Assembly: GCA_900546395.1 (NCBI GenBank)
Contig: URDD01000001.1
Location: forward strand, 9,203-73,202
Direction: 5' to 3'
DNA: 64,000 nucleotides
Source: an uncultured Bacteroidales bacterium
GTDB taxonomy: Bacteria > Bacteroidota > Bacteroidia > Bacteroidales > UBA932
Made by a program: the position numbers and the translations under genes. Below are positions 46,453 to 56,585 of the stretch, piece after piece. Positions within the stretch are counted from its first letter, which is position 1. Each line of letters opens with the position of its first letter. The notes under the pieces are model-generated. The model made no database searches. It was not told the DNA's origin and saw only the letters and a list, made by a program, of their open reading frames with translations.

Positions 46453-49047
46453 ATGAGACGGATTGTGTTTTTTATTACAGCCATACTTTTTGTGGCGGAA
46501 ATGTCTAATTATGCGGAAGCTCGCTCTTCCGAAAGAAAATATTCCAGCAGAGTTTCGGGAGATAAAATTACTGCATTGAAAGGGAAAGTTCTTTCAGGGT
46601 CGTCTCCTCTTGAATTTGTTACTGTCGCGCTTTCAGACTCCAGCGGTACTGTGATAGCGGGCGCTACTACAGATTCGGCAGGTGTTTATCATATAGGATT
46701 CCCTTCCAGTGCAGGAGATTCCGGATATTTGAAACTTATTTTTTCACTTGTCGGTTATAAGGACAAAGTTATGTTTTTCCCTGATTCCGGTATTTCCGGT
46801 CCGTGGAGTGCAGATATTGTAAGTTTTGCTTCTTTAGAGGGTGGAGTTGCGGTGGTTTCTCCTGTGTCATTGGAAGAAGACGCCCAGATGCTTTCCAGTG
46901 CCGTTGTGGCCGGAAAGAGGTCTCTGATAGAACATCAGTTTGACAGGCTGGTCCTGAATGTGTCGGAACTCGCTGTAGCTCAGACAGGTGACGCGTTGGA
47001 TGTGTTGAAAAGTTCTCCTGGAGTCACTGTTGACAAGGACGGGAATGTGAAACTTAACGGCTCCACTGTTGCCGTATGGATTGACGGAAGGCCGTCCAAT
47101 ATGTCAGGATCTGATTTAGAGGCTTTTCTTAAGGGCAGCGAAGGCTCTTCCATTGAAAAGGTGGAGCTTATAACCAATCCGTCCGCAAAGTATGATGCAG
47201 AGGGAAGCGGAGGTATCATCAATATAAAGACGCGCAAGGCATTTATGAAAGGATTCAGCGGTTCGCTGAGGGCAAATTACGGAATGAGATTCTCTCCGAG
47301 AACTGTTTATTCCGGAGACTTTTCCGCAAATCTTATGTACAGGACTGACAAGACCAATACATCTTTCCAATACAACCCTTCTTATGGAGAGTATGTCTAT
47401 GGTGCTGATGAATGGAAAACATATGGTCCTGAAAACAGGATGCAGCAGGAAAGCAGCTCAATGAGCAAGACTGCCTACAATTCCCATCAGATACGCCTTG
47501 GAAATGACTGGAACATTTCCCCGAAAGATGTGTTGGGAGTGATTTTTACTACTACGGTTACTCCGGACAACAGGACATACTACATCGCTCCCAATATAAT
47601 TAAGGACTATATTGCAAGTGAGTCTGGAAGCAGGCTCCCGTACAGCGAGCTTTCCGGGCAGAATAAATCCGTTTCCAAAAATGACTACTATTCGTTGAAT
47701 GTAAATTATACCAGGACATTCGACCAGTCAAAGAGTCAGGAGCTTACTCTCAATGCCGATTATTGGAGGAACGGAAGCAGAAGCGAGAGAATTTTCAGAA
47801 ACGAATATACTTTCATTTCACCCGAAGCAGCGGCGGCAGGTGTTGCAAGTGAGGGGTTTGACGACAATATGCGCAGGATTCTGGACTTGTACTCTTTCAA
47901 GGCGGATTATTCACAGTCATTCTGGAAGCAGACAGGCAGGGTAGAGGCCGGAGTGAAGGCTGCCTGGTCATCTACCAGAAACCGTTACGGCAAATACGGT
48001 TATGACTTTTCTGCTGGAGAATTGGATAAAGATGCCCAGCGCAATGACTTTGACTATGACGAGCAAGTGTATGCAGCCTATGTCAATGTAGCGAAAATGT
48101 TCTCTCCCAAATGGAATGCGCAGATCGGCCTTAGAGGAGAATATACTCTTCAGGACGGAGACTGGCTTATGACTTCATCAGACGGGCGCAAGAGCCACAA
48201 GGAATATTTCGATGTGTTCCCGAGTGCATTTGTCAGCTATCTCCCTTCTCAGAAAGTAGTTCTCACGGCCAATTATTCATACAGGATAAGCAGACCTAAG
48301 TACTGGCAGCTCAACCCTTTCCGTGAATATTCTTCCGGAACTCTCTATACGCAGGGAAATATGGAACTTGAGCCTTCCTATAACCACAACGTATCCATGA
48401 CAGCTGTACTTTTCAGCCGGCTTTCACTTACGGCAGGGTATAGCAGGACAAAGAATTTCAGTGATGTCCAGACTCCTATGGTGGATGAGAACGGAGTGAT
48501 GGGGCTTGTCTTTTCCAATGCCGGAAACTATCAGATGGGGTATTTTTCAGCCTCGCTCTCTGAGCTTCCTCTTACCAAATGGTGGAATCTTACAGTCAGT
48601 GCCAATTACGGATATTCCGAGTTCAGAGCGTACAAGTCCGCTGCTACAGATGCTTTCGGCGGATCTTTCAACAACAGCGGGCACTCTTTCAATGCCTATC
48701 TCGCCACGACATTCTTCCTTCCGAAAAATTTCAAGTTAGGTGCTGACGGCTGGGTTATGACACCTATGTCAATGGGTTATTTCGATATGAAGGCAATGGG
48801 AATCCTCAATATGAGCCTTATCAAGACCATTTGGGACGGGAAGGGAACTATATCATTGTATCTTAATGATATACTTGACACCGGATCTACGGATATGCTT
48901 ATAAAGAACAATGGTAAAGTGACCTATTCCCTTAGTCAGAAAATGTCAACGAGAGGCTTCCGTATAGGTTTTGCCTGGAGGTTCGGAACTGCATCCCAGC
49001 AGAGCCGCCGCAATGTCGGGAAACTGGATGAAGAATCCCGCCTTTGA
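46453..49047 (+). CDS. TonB-dependent receptor / outer-membrane beta-barrel protein with a CarboxypepD_reg-like N-domain
   Basis: Signal peptide, a CarboxypepD_reg-like stretch (GKVLSGSSPLEFVTVALSDSSGTVIAGATTDSAGVY), a plug-like region and a long barrel with aromatic-rich strands. Confidence 0.65.
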   Translation: MRRIVFFITAILFVAEMSNYAEARSSERKYSSRVSGDKITALKGKVLSGSSPLEFVTVALSDSSGTVIAGATTDSAGVYHIGFPSSAGDSGYLKLIFSLVGYKDKVMFFPDSGISGPWSADIVSFASLEGGVAVVSPVSLEEDAQMLSSAVVAGKRSLIEHQFDRLVLNVSELAVAQTGDALDVLKSSPGVTVDKDGNVKLNGSTVAVWIDGRPSNMSGSDLEAFLKGSEGSSIEKVELITNPSAKYDAEGSGGIINIKTRKAFMKGFSGSLRANYGMRFSPRTVYSGDFSANLMYRTDKTNTSFQYNPSYGEYVYGADEWKTYGPENRMQQESSSMSKTAYNSHQIRLGNDWNISPKDVLGVIFTTTVTPDNRTYYIAPNIIKDYIASESGSRLPYSELSGQNKSVSKNDYYSLNVNYTRTFDQSKSQELTLNADYWRNGSRSERIFRNEYTFISPEAAAAGVASEGFDDNMRRILDLYSFKADYSQSFWKQTGRVEAGVKAAWSSTRNRYGKYGYDFSAGELDKDAQRNDFDYDEQVYAAYVNVAKMFSPKWNAQIGLRGEYTLQDGDWLMTSSDGRKSHKEYFDVFPSAFVSYLPSQKVVLTANYSYRISRPKYWQLNPFREYSSGTLYTQGNMELEPSYNHNVSMTAVLFSRLSLTAGYSRTKNFSDVQTPMVDENGVMGLVFSNAGNYQMGYFSASLSELPLTKWWNLTVSANYGYSEFRAYKSAATDAFGGSFNNSGHSFNAYLATTFFLPKNFKLGADGWVMTPMSMGYFDMKAMGILNMSLIKTIWDGKGTISLYLNDILDTGSTDMLIKNNGKVTYSLSQKMSTRGFRIGFAWRFGTASQQSRRNVGKLDEESRL

Positions 49048-49067
49048 CGGCTCTGTAACGAATCTCC

Positions 49068-50624
49068 TTATAACCAGTCTAGAGGCTGAAACCAAGTGAA
49101 CCACCGTCCCCATTCGCGTGGGGGATCACTATGGGCATAACAAAGAAATTGTTGTACTTCAGGTGAAACCTGACCTAGACCATCTCCACTCATTCCCGCA
49201 TTGATTATGCCTTTCCGGAGGTCGCCTTGTATAACGTCCCCTTTTGTGAACGTGATACCATCTATTGATTCCCAAATACGAATCCTGCTGTTGTCAGTAT
49301 TTCGTCTTTCAGCATGTATGGCAATGAATTTTTGGCTCTTCTGAATAAACTTGACATCCGTATGGTCTGGATTGAAGATGTCACTCTTATCGAGTGCAAT
49401 TCCTCTGTATTCAAGATGCATAGGCCAGTTTTCATCATTTGCTGAGGCTGTTGAAACTCGCGTTGTCGTACCTTGTCGATTCTGTTCTGCAACAAAATCA
49501 TTGTAAGAATAATATAGATAGACAATATCATCCTTAACAACTATACAAGGTTCTCCTGCACCGAAAACTTTACCTTCATATCCAGCTACTGGTTTGTAAT
49601 CAATTACCGGTTGCGGATTATCTCCCCATCTGTCACCGCTCCATTTTTCCCATGGTCCAACTGGTGTTTTGCTTCTTGCAATATAAAGGTCATTGTCATA
49701 GCCGTTAGGCTCTTCTGTTGATGTGTATGCTATGTAATACCATCCGCCCCATTTTGCGACTCCGGGGTCGCAGACAGAAAAAGCGTCTCGTTTCCCGTCT
49801 GAAGGGAGCAGGGCATCTGTTTCATCACTCCATGTCTTACCCCCGTCTTCTGAATGACGCCAAGTTATCTTGTCCCAAAAATAATTTCCGGATCCGTTGG
49901 ATGTAATGCGACAACGGAACTGTCCTTCAACAGGCTTTCCATCAATGAATGAGACAGCATTTGTGCTTGCTGAAGAGCCGTTTTCAAGAGATTTCCATAT
50001 TCCAGACTTGTCACTTCCTTCACTCATAACCCAAAGATAGCTTCCTGCCGGAAAAGTCTCTCTATAGTTTTCTTTTTCACTTCGGTAAATACTGAGCCAT
50101 GAATTGTCAGTATAGTCGGTGAATTTTTTCATTGCAATTGCATTACCGCTGATGCTGGTCGCATAATCAGTATCCCATTTGTAGATTTTTAGAGTGAAAC
50201 TTTCTGTGGAACTGCCCCAGGAGGGACATTGAAGTGATATGAATCCGAAATCCTCATTAGAAGTAAATTTCTGTGCAAAGATACTTGTTTTTCCAAGTTG
50301 GCAAGCAGACTGTGCATCTGATACTGGAATGTTTATGTTGTTCCCATAATAATCACCTGGTGTTGCAAGCCAAATGTCAATTGAGTTGTCTTCGTTAATG
50401 ATGATTGACGGACCATATCTGTAATTAGGTCCAGTATAAATATCCCACCCTTCCCGTGCTATAGGATAAACATCCTCCGACTCCTGTGGAATTGTATCTC
50501 CTATTGTCTTGTCCTCCAGCTCGCATCCTGTTGCAGCATATAAGACAGAAAAAGCCAGAATGACTACCTTGAAATTCTTAGTCAAATTGGTCATATTTAA
50601 ATCGTTTTTTAATTTACTTACCAT
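49068..50624 (-). CDS. BNR/Asp-box beta-propeller protein, probably a glycoside hydrolase (family undetermined)
   Basis: Lipoprotein-like signal ending ...AATGC and a canonical Asp-box SEDGGKTW. Last gene of the PUL. Confidence 0.45.
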   Translation of the reverse strand: MVSKLKNDLNMTNLTKNFKVVILAFSVLYAATGCELEDKTIGDTIPQESEDVYPIAREGWDIYTGPNYRYGPSIIINEDNSIDIWLATPGDYYGNNINIPVSDAQSACQLGKTSIFAQKFTSNEDFGFISLQCPSWGSSTESFTLKIYKWDTDYATSISGNAIAMKKFTDYTDNSWLSIYRSEKENYRETFPAGSYLWVMSEGSDKSGIWKSLENGSSASTNAVSFIDGKPVEGQFRCRITSNGSGNYFWDKITWRHSEDGGKTWSDETDALLPSDGKRDAFSVCDPGVAKWGGWYYIAYTSTEEPNGYDNDLYIARSKTPVGPWEKWSGDRWGDNPQPVIDYKPVAGYEGKVFGAGEPCIVVKDDIVYLYYSYNDFVAEQNRQGTTTRVSTASANDENWPMHLEYRGIALDKSDIFNPDHTDVKFIQKSQKFIAIHAERRNTDNSRIRIWESIDGITFTKGDVIQGDLRKGIINAGMSGDGLGQVSPEVQQFLCYAHSDPPREWGRWFTWFQPLDWL

Positions 50625-53600
50625 ATAGCTTGACAGAGATCTTACCTTGTTTTGGAGAGAAACTATATGTTTTGTCTCCCGAAGCCAAATGTTCGGTAAC
50701 AGTTACCTTCAGTTTTTCATTCAAAGTACGGAAGACCCTGATGTCAAAATCTGAACCGAATGCCCGGATATGTTTGAGGGACATCTCATTCCATCCTGAT
50801 GGTAAAGTGACGTTCATAGTAAAACTGCGCAATCCTGTCGGGCGAATGCCGAAAAGTCCTTCAGTTATGACTCTGCAATATAGGCCGCTTTCTGCTGACA
50901 GATGTCTCTGAGAACCTTCTGGCCAGGCTTCGACGGCATATGGAACATGGTCACCAAGAAGACGTCTCTGAGATAGACGATGAAGAATTTCAAGGGCCTT
51001 GTCTGTATTACCTGTATAAAATATACCTCTAAGTGCATATAGTGTGGCTCTATCCCAAAATACATCGCTTCCCTGTTCAGTGAGGCAGCCGTTTTCAGTC
51101 ATCAGTTCCGGCCCTGTTAATGCCGATGAAGTGCCAATGGCACGATTGTCAATTCCTGCAATAAGCGGCATACATATCCAAGAGCGTAGAAGTGTGTTAC
51201 CTTTGTAGTACCGGTATGTGTCATAGCCGGAGAGATTGCCTCCGAAATATTTTTCCATATTGGATGCCATTTCTTTTGCTCTTTGCATATATTCCTTAGT
51301 CACATAATGACATGCACCTATTTCATTTCCGAGATATGATGCCGAAATAAGGGCATCGTAATATAGTGTCGAAGTGCATAGGTTTGCATCACCGGACTCA
51401 AAGCGGTTCTCAAGTTCATCTGTGTCGGAGGCTACGACTCCAACTTCGTTGATTTTGCGGCGGCAAAATTCCAGACACCATTGAATCAGACGCCAAAGAT
51501 CTTTCCCTTCCTCTTTATTGCCTTGAGCGAGAGCATAGCGTGAGGCCCCGTATGCAATCATAGCGGCATCTCCTCTGTCTCCGCATCCGTCCCATATGTC
51601 GTCTCCTTCTGCAATTATGGAACTTGGAATCGGCCTGTATTCAGAATTCATAAAACGCGCAAAGTGTCGGAATGAATTAAGTGCCGATTCGGTTCCGTTG
51701 GCATTTCCGAGATAAGGAAAGAAAGGGTTTATATATTCGGCCTGGTCATTTGCCCAAACCGCTGCATAATAACTCTCTCCTCCGGGACTGTGCATCAGCC
51801 CTCCCTTTGTGCGGAAGATACTCTCTGTAGCCCGGATTTTGGACATGCGGAACATTTCATTTATTACTGAGTCGGGCGTTTCAAGAATGAGGTTAGCTCC
51901 AAGTCTGGACACAAATTTCTGACGTGCATGGAATTCGGTGTCTACATCTGGATGCAATGGGGATTCGGCAGGAATTTTCCGTGTCACAGGTTTTGAACCT
52001 GCGAGCAGAGGTGATGTTACTGTTCCGCCCTCACGATAAGCCTGATAGACAACAGTGAAACATCGTTCTGTTCCAGGTGCCATCCATGCTGTCCCGTCTC
52101 CGTGTATTTCAGCCCGTACAAGGTATTTCCCGTCTACACCGGCATAATAGTCGGTAGAGGCGCTCTGGCAAAACTCTGGTACTGTCACCAGGAGATTGTC
52201 TCCAGTAATATTTTTCAGGACAAACCTCTCATAGACTGCGGGGAGAGTGGTGGAAGGAAATATAGTGCGGGTCATTTGTATACAGGCTGTTTCTGCGGCA
52301 TCTGCACTGATGTTGATGTTGTCGTTGGCTTTTGACCAATAACTTGTCATTTCTACCATTCCGTTAATCTTTACACTTTTTGCCTGTTCCCGAATAAGAC
52401 TTCTTCCGTTTACGGCAAGAAGTGAAGGTATGTCTGTTGCAATACGGAAGTTCATAGACGCGTGAGTGTTATTTGGAATCATACGCAACATCGGAAAAAC
52501 GAGGGATTTTTCACTATGGAATGTACGGTCGGAATCAACGCCCCACCGAAGTACGCAAGATACCATTTCTCCACTCATCTCAATATGGTCTTCGTGCGGC
52601 AGCCCCTCGGACGTTTTCCAGAGTATACCGTTGCCATCTGTTCCTATAGTCCAACGCGTTTTCTTTTCCTCTTTTGCATCAGGTTGCAAACCGTAAAGTC
52701 TGTTGTTGTTTTCAGTTTTGTAGGTTGGCAGAGATGGATCTGAAATTTCAGCATCGACACTCTCTTTTGAGCCTCTCATTACATTCTGTTCTATGAAATC
52801 CACCTGTTTATTGACTGTTTGGGGCATATAGCCGGCAACAGCGTGATTGATTCCTGGGAAACGGTAGAATCTGCAACTTGTTCCGGCATCATTCAATGAT
52901 TTTTGAATCTGGCAGGGCCCGAAGAATGATGCAGTCTCAGATTTGATAATATCATAAGGCACTAGTTCGTCTTCACTGCCGTGGAACATCATTATAGGAC
53001 AAGGCATTTCAGCATAACAGAGTGCTCCATCAGCAATAACTGCTCCGGCAAATGCCATAATTCCTTTATAGTTGAATCCGGATGGAAGTACGGACGTCAT
53101 CAGGCTTCTGTTACAGATTTCCAATTCAGCCTGCTGTGCTGTGATTGCACCGGCAGAAGATCCTGACAAAATAAGATTGTCAGGATTGATACCTAAGGAT
53201 TTTCCGTTTTCTATGAGATAAACTGTTGCGGAAAACAAATCTTCTACAGCAATGTCGATTGCATTCTTCAGACGTCGGGCAAACTCTGAAATTGAAATAC
53301 CGAATACATTCTTGAGTCCCAGACGGTAGTCTATTGTTATCATCCGGTAGCCTTTTGCGTTCATTTCACGAAACCAAGGGCGGAGCCAGACTTCTTCTCT
53401 AGAGCCTTCTTTGAATCCGCCGCCGAATATATGGATTATGGTAGGACGTTGCTTGCCGTCTTTGCTAACTGACATCTCAGCATCCGGTTCATATATGTCC
53501 ATATACAATGAGCAAGTATCCCTGTCCGCATATTTCAGTGTAGTGTCCGGCTCCATTTTCTGTGCAAAAAGATGCGCTGACGAAAATATCGTCAGGAAAA

Positions 53601-53625
53601 CAATGATTAAATTTTTGGGGTTCAT
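50614..53625 (-). CDS. Two-domain enzyme: N-terminal alpha/beta-hydrolase carbohydrate esterase plus a large C-terminal glycoside-hydrolase-like (alpha/alpha)6-type region
   Basis: Oxyanion-hole motif HIFGGGF and nucleophile elbow GSSAG in the first ~300 aa. The C-terminal ~650 aa is Trp/Tyr-rich, resembling six-hairpin GHs; family not assignable. Signal peptide present. Confidence 0.5.
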   Translation of the reverse strand: MNPKNLIIVFLTIFSSAHLFAQKMEPDTTLKYADRDTCSLYMDIYEPDAEMSVSKDGKQRPTIIHIFGGGFKEGSREEVWLRPWFREMNAKGYRMITIDYRLGLKNVFGISISEFARRLKNAIDIAVEDLFSATVYLIENGKSLGINPDNLILSGSSAGAITAQQAELEICNRSLMTSVLPSGFNYKGIMAFAGAVIADGALCYAEMPCPIMMFHGSEDELVPYDIIKSETASFFGPCQIQKSLNDAGTSCRFYRFPGINHAVAGYMPQTVNKQVDFIEQNVMRGSKESVDAEISDPSLPTYKTENNNRLYGLQPDAKEEKKTRWTIGTDGNGILWKTSEGLPHEDHIEMSGEMVSCVLRWGVDSDRTFHSEKSLVFPMLRMIPNNTHASMNFRIATDIPSLLAVNGRSLIREQAKSVKINGMVEMTSYWSKANDNINISADAAETACIQMTRTIFPSTTLPAVYERFVLKNITGDNLLVTVPEFCQSASTDYYAGVDGKYLVRAEIHGDGTAWMAPGTERCFTVVYQAYREGGTVTSPLLAGSKPVTRKIPAESPLHPDVDTEFHARQKFVSRLGANLILETPDSVINEMFRMSKIRATESIFRTKGGLMHSPGGESYYAAVWANDQAEYINPFFPYLGNANGTESALNSFRHFARFMNSEYRPIPSSIIAEGDDIWDGCGDRGDAAMIAYGASRYALAQGNKEEGKDLWRLIQWCLEFCRRKINEVGVVASDTDELENRFESGDANLCTSTLYYDALISASYLGNEIGACHYVTKEYMQRAKEMASNMEKYFGGNLSGYDTYRYYKGNTLLRSWICMPLIAGIDNRAIGTSSALTGPELMTENGCLTEQGSDVFWDRATLYALRGIFYTGNTDKALEILHRLSQRRLLGDHVPYAVEAWPEGSQRHLSAESGLYCRVITEGLFGIRPTGLRSFTMNVTLPSGWNEMSLKHIRAFGSDFDIRVFRTLNEKLKVTVTEHLASGDKTYSFSPKQGKISVKLYGK

Positions 53626-53628
53626 AAA

Positions 53629-55476
53629 CTACCTCCTTTCAAAATACGGGTTAGGTGAATTCTTGACAATTAGTCCGGAATCGTCTTGGACATTCGGACA
53701 CTTGTGCAGACTGATTGTTGCATCGGACTTCCATTGGGAGAAATCATTGCCGGAAATTTTCACTTCACCGCAAGACTGAAGATCAATCACCGAAAGTCCT
53801 GGAAAAAGCGGTTTGTACGTTCCAGAGTCAATGAATTTGTTGTCAGAGATTTCCATTGATTTTACACTTCTTGCATATATGAGCTGACTGTCGAATGTAC
53901 TTATATAGTTGTTGCAGAAGACAACGTTGTTGTGGTAAAAGAAATCATTTCCTTTGACTGGAATTACGGGATCGACCATAAGGACGGGCATCGGTCCGTT
54001 TCCTCCTATGGCGAGGTCCTCAAAACGGTTGTTCCTTATAATAATATTCCGTGTCGGTCCGGATTCGTACCAGAAGTTTGCGTCTCCGCTTATGTTTATT
54101 CCTGACATCTGTGACATAAAGTTGCAATTTTCAACCACTACATCGCCCAAAGTAGAAAGCAGCAGGCTTCTGGCTCGGTTGTATCGTACAGTACAGCCAC
54201 GTATGATGGCTGAAGCATTGCAGGAGATATTCTCGATTGCAAGTCCCGAAGGTGCATCTGTTTCAGTAAGATTAAGGTCTGTTTCAATAATATAAGTTTT
54301 TCTGTCAGAGCGATCGATACTGACTAATTTCCCAACTCCAACAGGTTTGAGTGTCGATTTGTCAACAAACCGTATGATATCTCCAGGTTCGGCAAAATGG
54401 TTTCCTTCTTGCTGGAAATGGCCAAAGGAAGCCCGAACAATATAAGGCGAGACAAGTGTATCTGCCAGCATATAAATTCCGTGAATGTTGGTGGCGTCAT
54501 CAAGCATGCTCTCAAATTGACAATTTTCCAATGTAATCATACCTTTGCAATTTACAAAATGTGTAGCGTCGGCAGATGATGTTACCATCCTTGACGAATT
54601 TTTATGGGCGGCAGTAGAGAACTCCCTTACTTTAATGTCGGATGAGTATTCTGCTATAAGTGACATTCCTCCGCTACGATATACGTGTATTTGTTCCAAA
54701 GTGACATTTTTTGAACAAAGTACGGCTATTGCAGGATAGAGGCGGTTGAGTCTTGTAGGTCCTTTATCGTCCCAAATACTTCCTACCGGAGGTACATCCC
54801 GGGCACTTAGCCGGGTAAACTCGATGATACCCGGCTCAATTTCACGCGCCTTCATTTCTCCTGACCAATACCAGTGGTCATAAGCGGCAGTGTCATACCA
54901 CGGACGATGTGTAGAAGGATTGAATACGATGCTCTCCCCCATAGGATATTCCCAATCATAGCCGCTGAAAAGAAGGCGGTCGCCGTCTATTCTATATTTA
55001 TTGTCGGGAAATACCTTGACAATGAAACTTCTTTCTGCCGGATTATTGGACAAAACTTCAGCCTCGAAGGTCCATGGGTAATCATAATCTATAGATATCC
55101 CTTTGATTTCAATATTTTCAGATTCTTTCAGTGCGAATGGCATCATAGATCCATGAAACATAAAGTCAGTGTTTTCTCCGACTATACTAACATTTTTCAT
55201 ATTCTTAAGAAGGAACCCTACTCTTTTTTCGCCGCTGTCATTATTGGAGACATTAATAAATTTGACATCGGCTTTTTCAGGAAAGAAAGGATATGTACCA
55301 TTCCCGAAGCGAATTGTAACATTCCCCTTCGGGTGAGCTTTCAATATGTCTGTGACAATAGGAGTATAATCGGCCACTGATGCATCATACGTAATATCTA
55401 TAGTTGTATGGCATCCGGCAAGAAATGAACCGGCAATAACGGCAAGTGTCAGGTTCTTAAAGTATTTTACAATCAT
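53629..55476 (-). CDS. Right-handed parallel beta-helix (pectin-lyase-fold) protein, probable polysaccharide lyase or hydrolase
   Basis: Lipoprotein signal ...LAGCH. Repeated N/G-rich coil-like segments (IIRNNRFEDLAIGGNG, SGINISGDANFW) are typical of beta-helix repeats. Confidence 0.4.
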   Translation of the reverse strand: MIVKYFKNLTLAVIAGSFLAGCHTTIDITYDASVADYTPIVTDILKAHPKGNVTIRFGNGTYPFFPEKADVKFINVSNNDSGEKRVGFLLKNMKNVSIVGENTDFMFHGSMMPFALKESENIEIKGISIDYDYPWTFEAEVLSNNPAERSFIVKVFPDNKYRIDGDRLLFSGYDWEYPMGESIVFNPSTHRPWYDTAAYDHWYWSGEMKAREIEPGIIEFTRLSARDVPPVGSIWDDKGPTRLNRLYPAIAVLCSKNVTLEQIHVYRSGGMSLIAEYSSDIKVREFSTAAHKNSSRMVTSSADATHFVNCKGMITLENCQFESMLDDATNIHGIYMLADTLVSPYIVRASFGHFQQEGNHFAEPGDIIRFVDKSTLKPVGVGKLVSIDRSDRKTYIIETDLNLTETDAPSGLAIENISCNASAIIRGCTVRYNRARSLLLSTLGDVVVENCNFMSQMSGINISGDANFWYESGPTRNIIIRNNRFEDLAIGGNGPMPVLMVDPVIPVKGNDFFYHNNVVFCNNYISTFDSQLIYARSVKSMEISDNKFIDSGTYKPLFPGLSVIDLQSCGEVKISGNDFSQWKSDATISLHKCPNVQDDSGLIVKNSPNPYFERR

Positions 55477-56585
55477 ATCTGTTTTTTGAATTTAATCCAA
55501 CAATAAGCAATGTCTCTTATCCCATTGTTATCCTGATTGTGGGACCAGTATAGTTTTACATATTCACCGCCGACCAAATCGCCTTCAGAGCCTATGAGGT
55601 TCGGATACCAGGCAGGAAAATCGTTCCCCAGTATTTTCATTGGGGTATCCCACTTGATTCCGTCATTACTGAAAGAAATGTAGATGCTCTTGGTCCAGCT
55701 TCCATACACCATTACCCATTTTTCGAGAAACTTGTTCCACATTACAGACGGATTCGCTCCTGCTACACGGCGGAGGTTGGCGATTGCGACGTTTGGGCCT
55801 CCAAGTCCGGTTTGCGGATTGCGGGCTTCTAAAGTAAAGTCTTTGCCGTCCCACTTTTTCCAGGATCCCGGAGAACCTTTTCTGTCTTGTGACATAGCCA
55901 TGCAAAGAGCATTTGTACCAATGGTTGACTTGGCCTGATAGTAGCAGATGTAACGGGAATTCACATCATCCCATATGACACAGGCATCTCCAAGACCTCC
56001 CCATTCCGGTTCGGACGGTTTTGCCGTTTCGTCGGCAATAATTTGTTGAGGGTCGTGCCATGTCTCACCGAAATCGTCAGAATATACGACGCCTATTGAT
56101 TTGTAGGCAGTTCCGTCTCCTGGCCAATGGCTTTCCGCATGAAAAAAACCGACATAATGTCCTGTTTTGTCGAGTGGGAAAATACCTATAAACCACGATC
56201 CACCGTCATTGAATCCGTCAATACTTGAAAACTGCTTTCCCCATACCCTGCTTTCATCTGTAAGAAGAGAAATATGGTCTTCGGGAAATGGGGTCTTGGA
56301 TGTCGTGAGCGCATCAGTAGCTTCGCTCCAGAACAGCTGCCATTTCTGCTCTTTCTCTACCGGGATAAGCTTTCCGTCAGGCCAATAGTGGCGCATAAAT
56401 ATTCCTTCCGGTTGTTCGATAATCTGTGTGTCCCCTTTTGCGATAAACTCGTTTATATCTGTCCATTCGATATCTGGAACAGTTTCTGGAGTAACAGTGT
56501 CCAAATCGGATTCCTTATGACAAGAAAATGTAATCATTAAAGCAGGAACAGCTGCTATGATAGCTTTGTGATAACTTATTTCCAT
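55473..56585 (-). CDS. BNR/Asp-box beta-propeller protein (sialidase-like fold, family undetermined)
   Basis: Asp-box SDDFGETW and a lipoprotein signal ...ITFSC, 370 aa. ATGA overlap with the downstream beta-helix gene. Confidence 0.45.
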   Translation of the reverse strand: MEISYHKAIIAAVPALMITFSCHKESDLDTVTPETVPDIEWTDINEFIAKGDTQIIEQPEGIFMRHYWPDGKLIPVEKEQKWQLFWSEATDALTTSKTPFPEDHISLLTDESRVWGKQFSSIDGFNDGGSWFIGIFPLDKTGHYVGFFHAESHWPGDGTAYKSIGVVYSDDFGETWHDPQQIIADETAKPSEPEWGGLGDACVIWDDVNSRYICYYQAKSTIGTNALCMAMSQDRKGSPGSWKKWDGKDFTLEARNPQTGLGGPNVAIANLRRVAGANPSVMWNKFLEKWVMVYGSWTKSIYISFSNDGIKWDTPMKILGNDFPAWYPNLIGSEGDLVGGEYVKLYWSHNQDNNGIRDIAYCWIKFKKQI

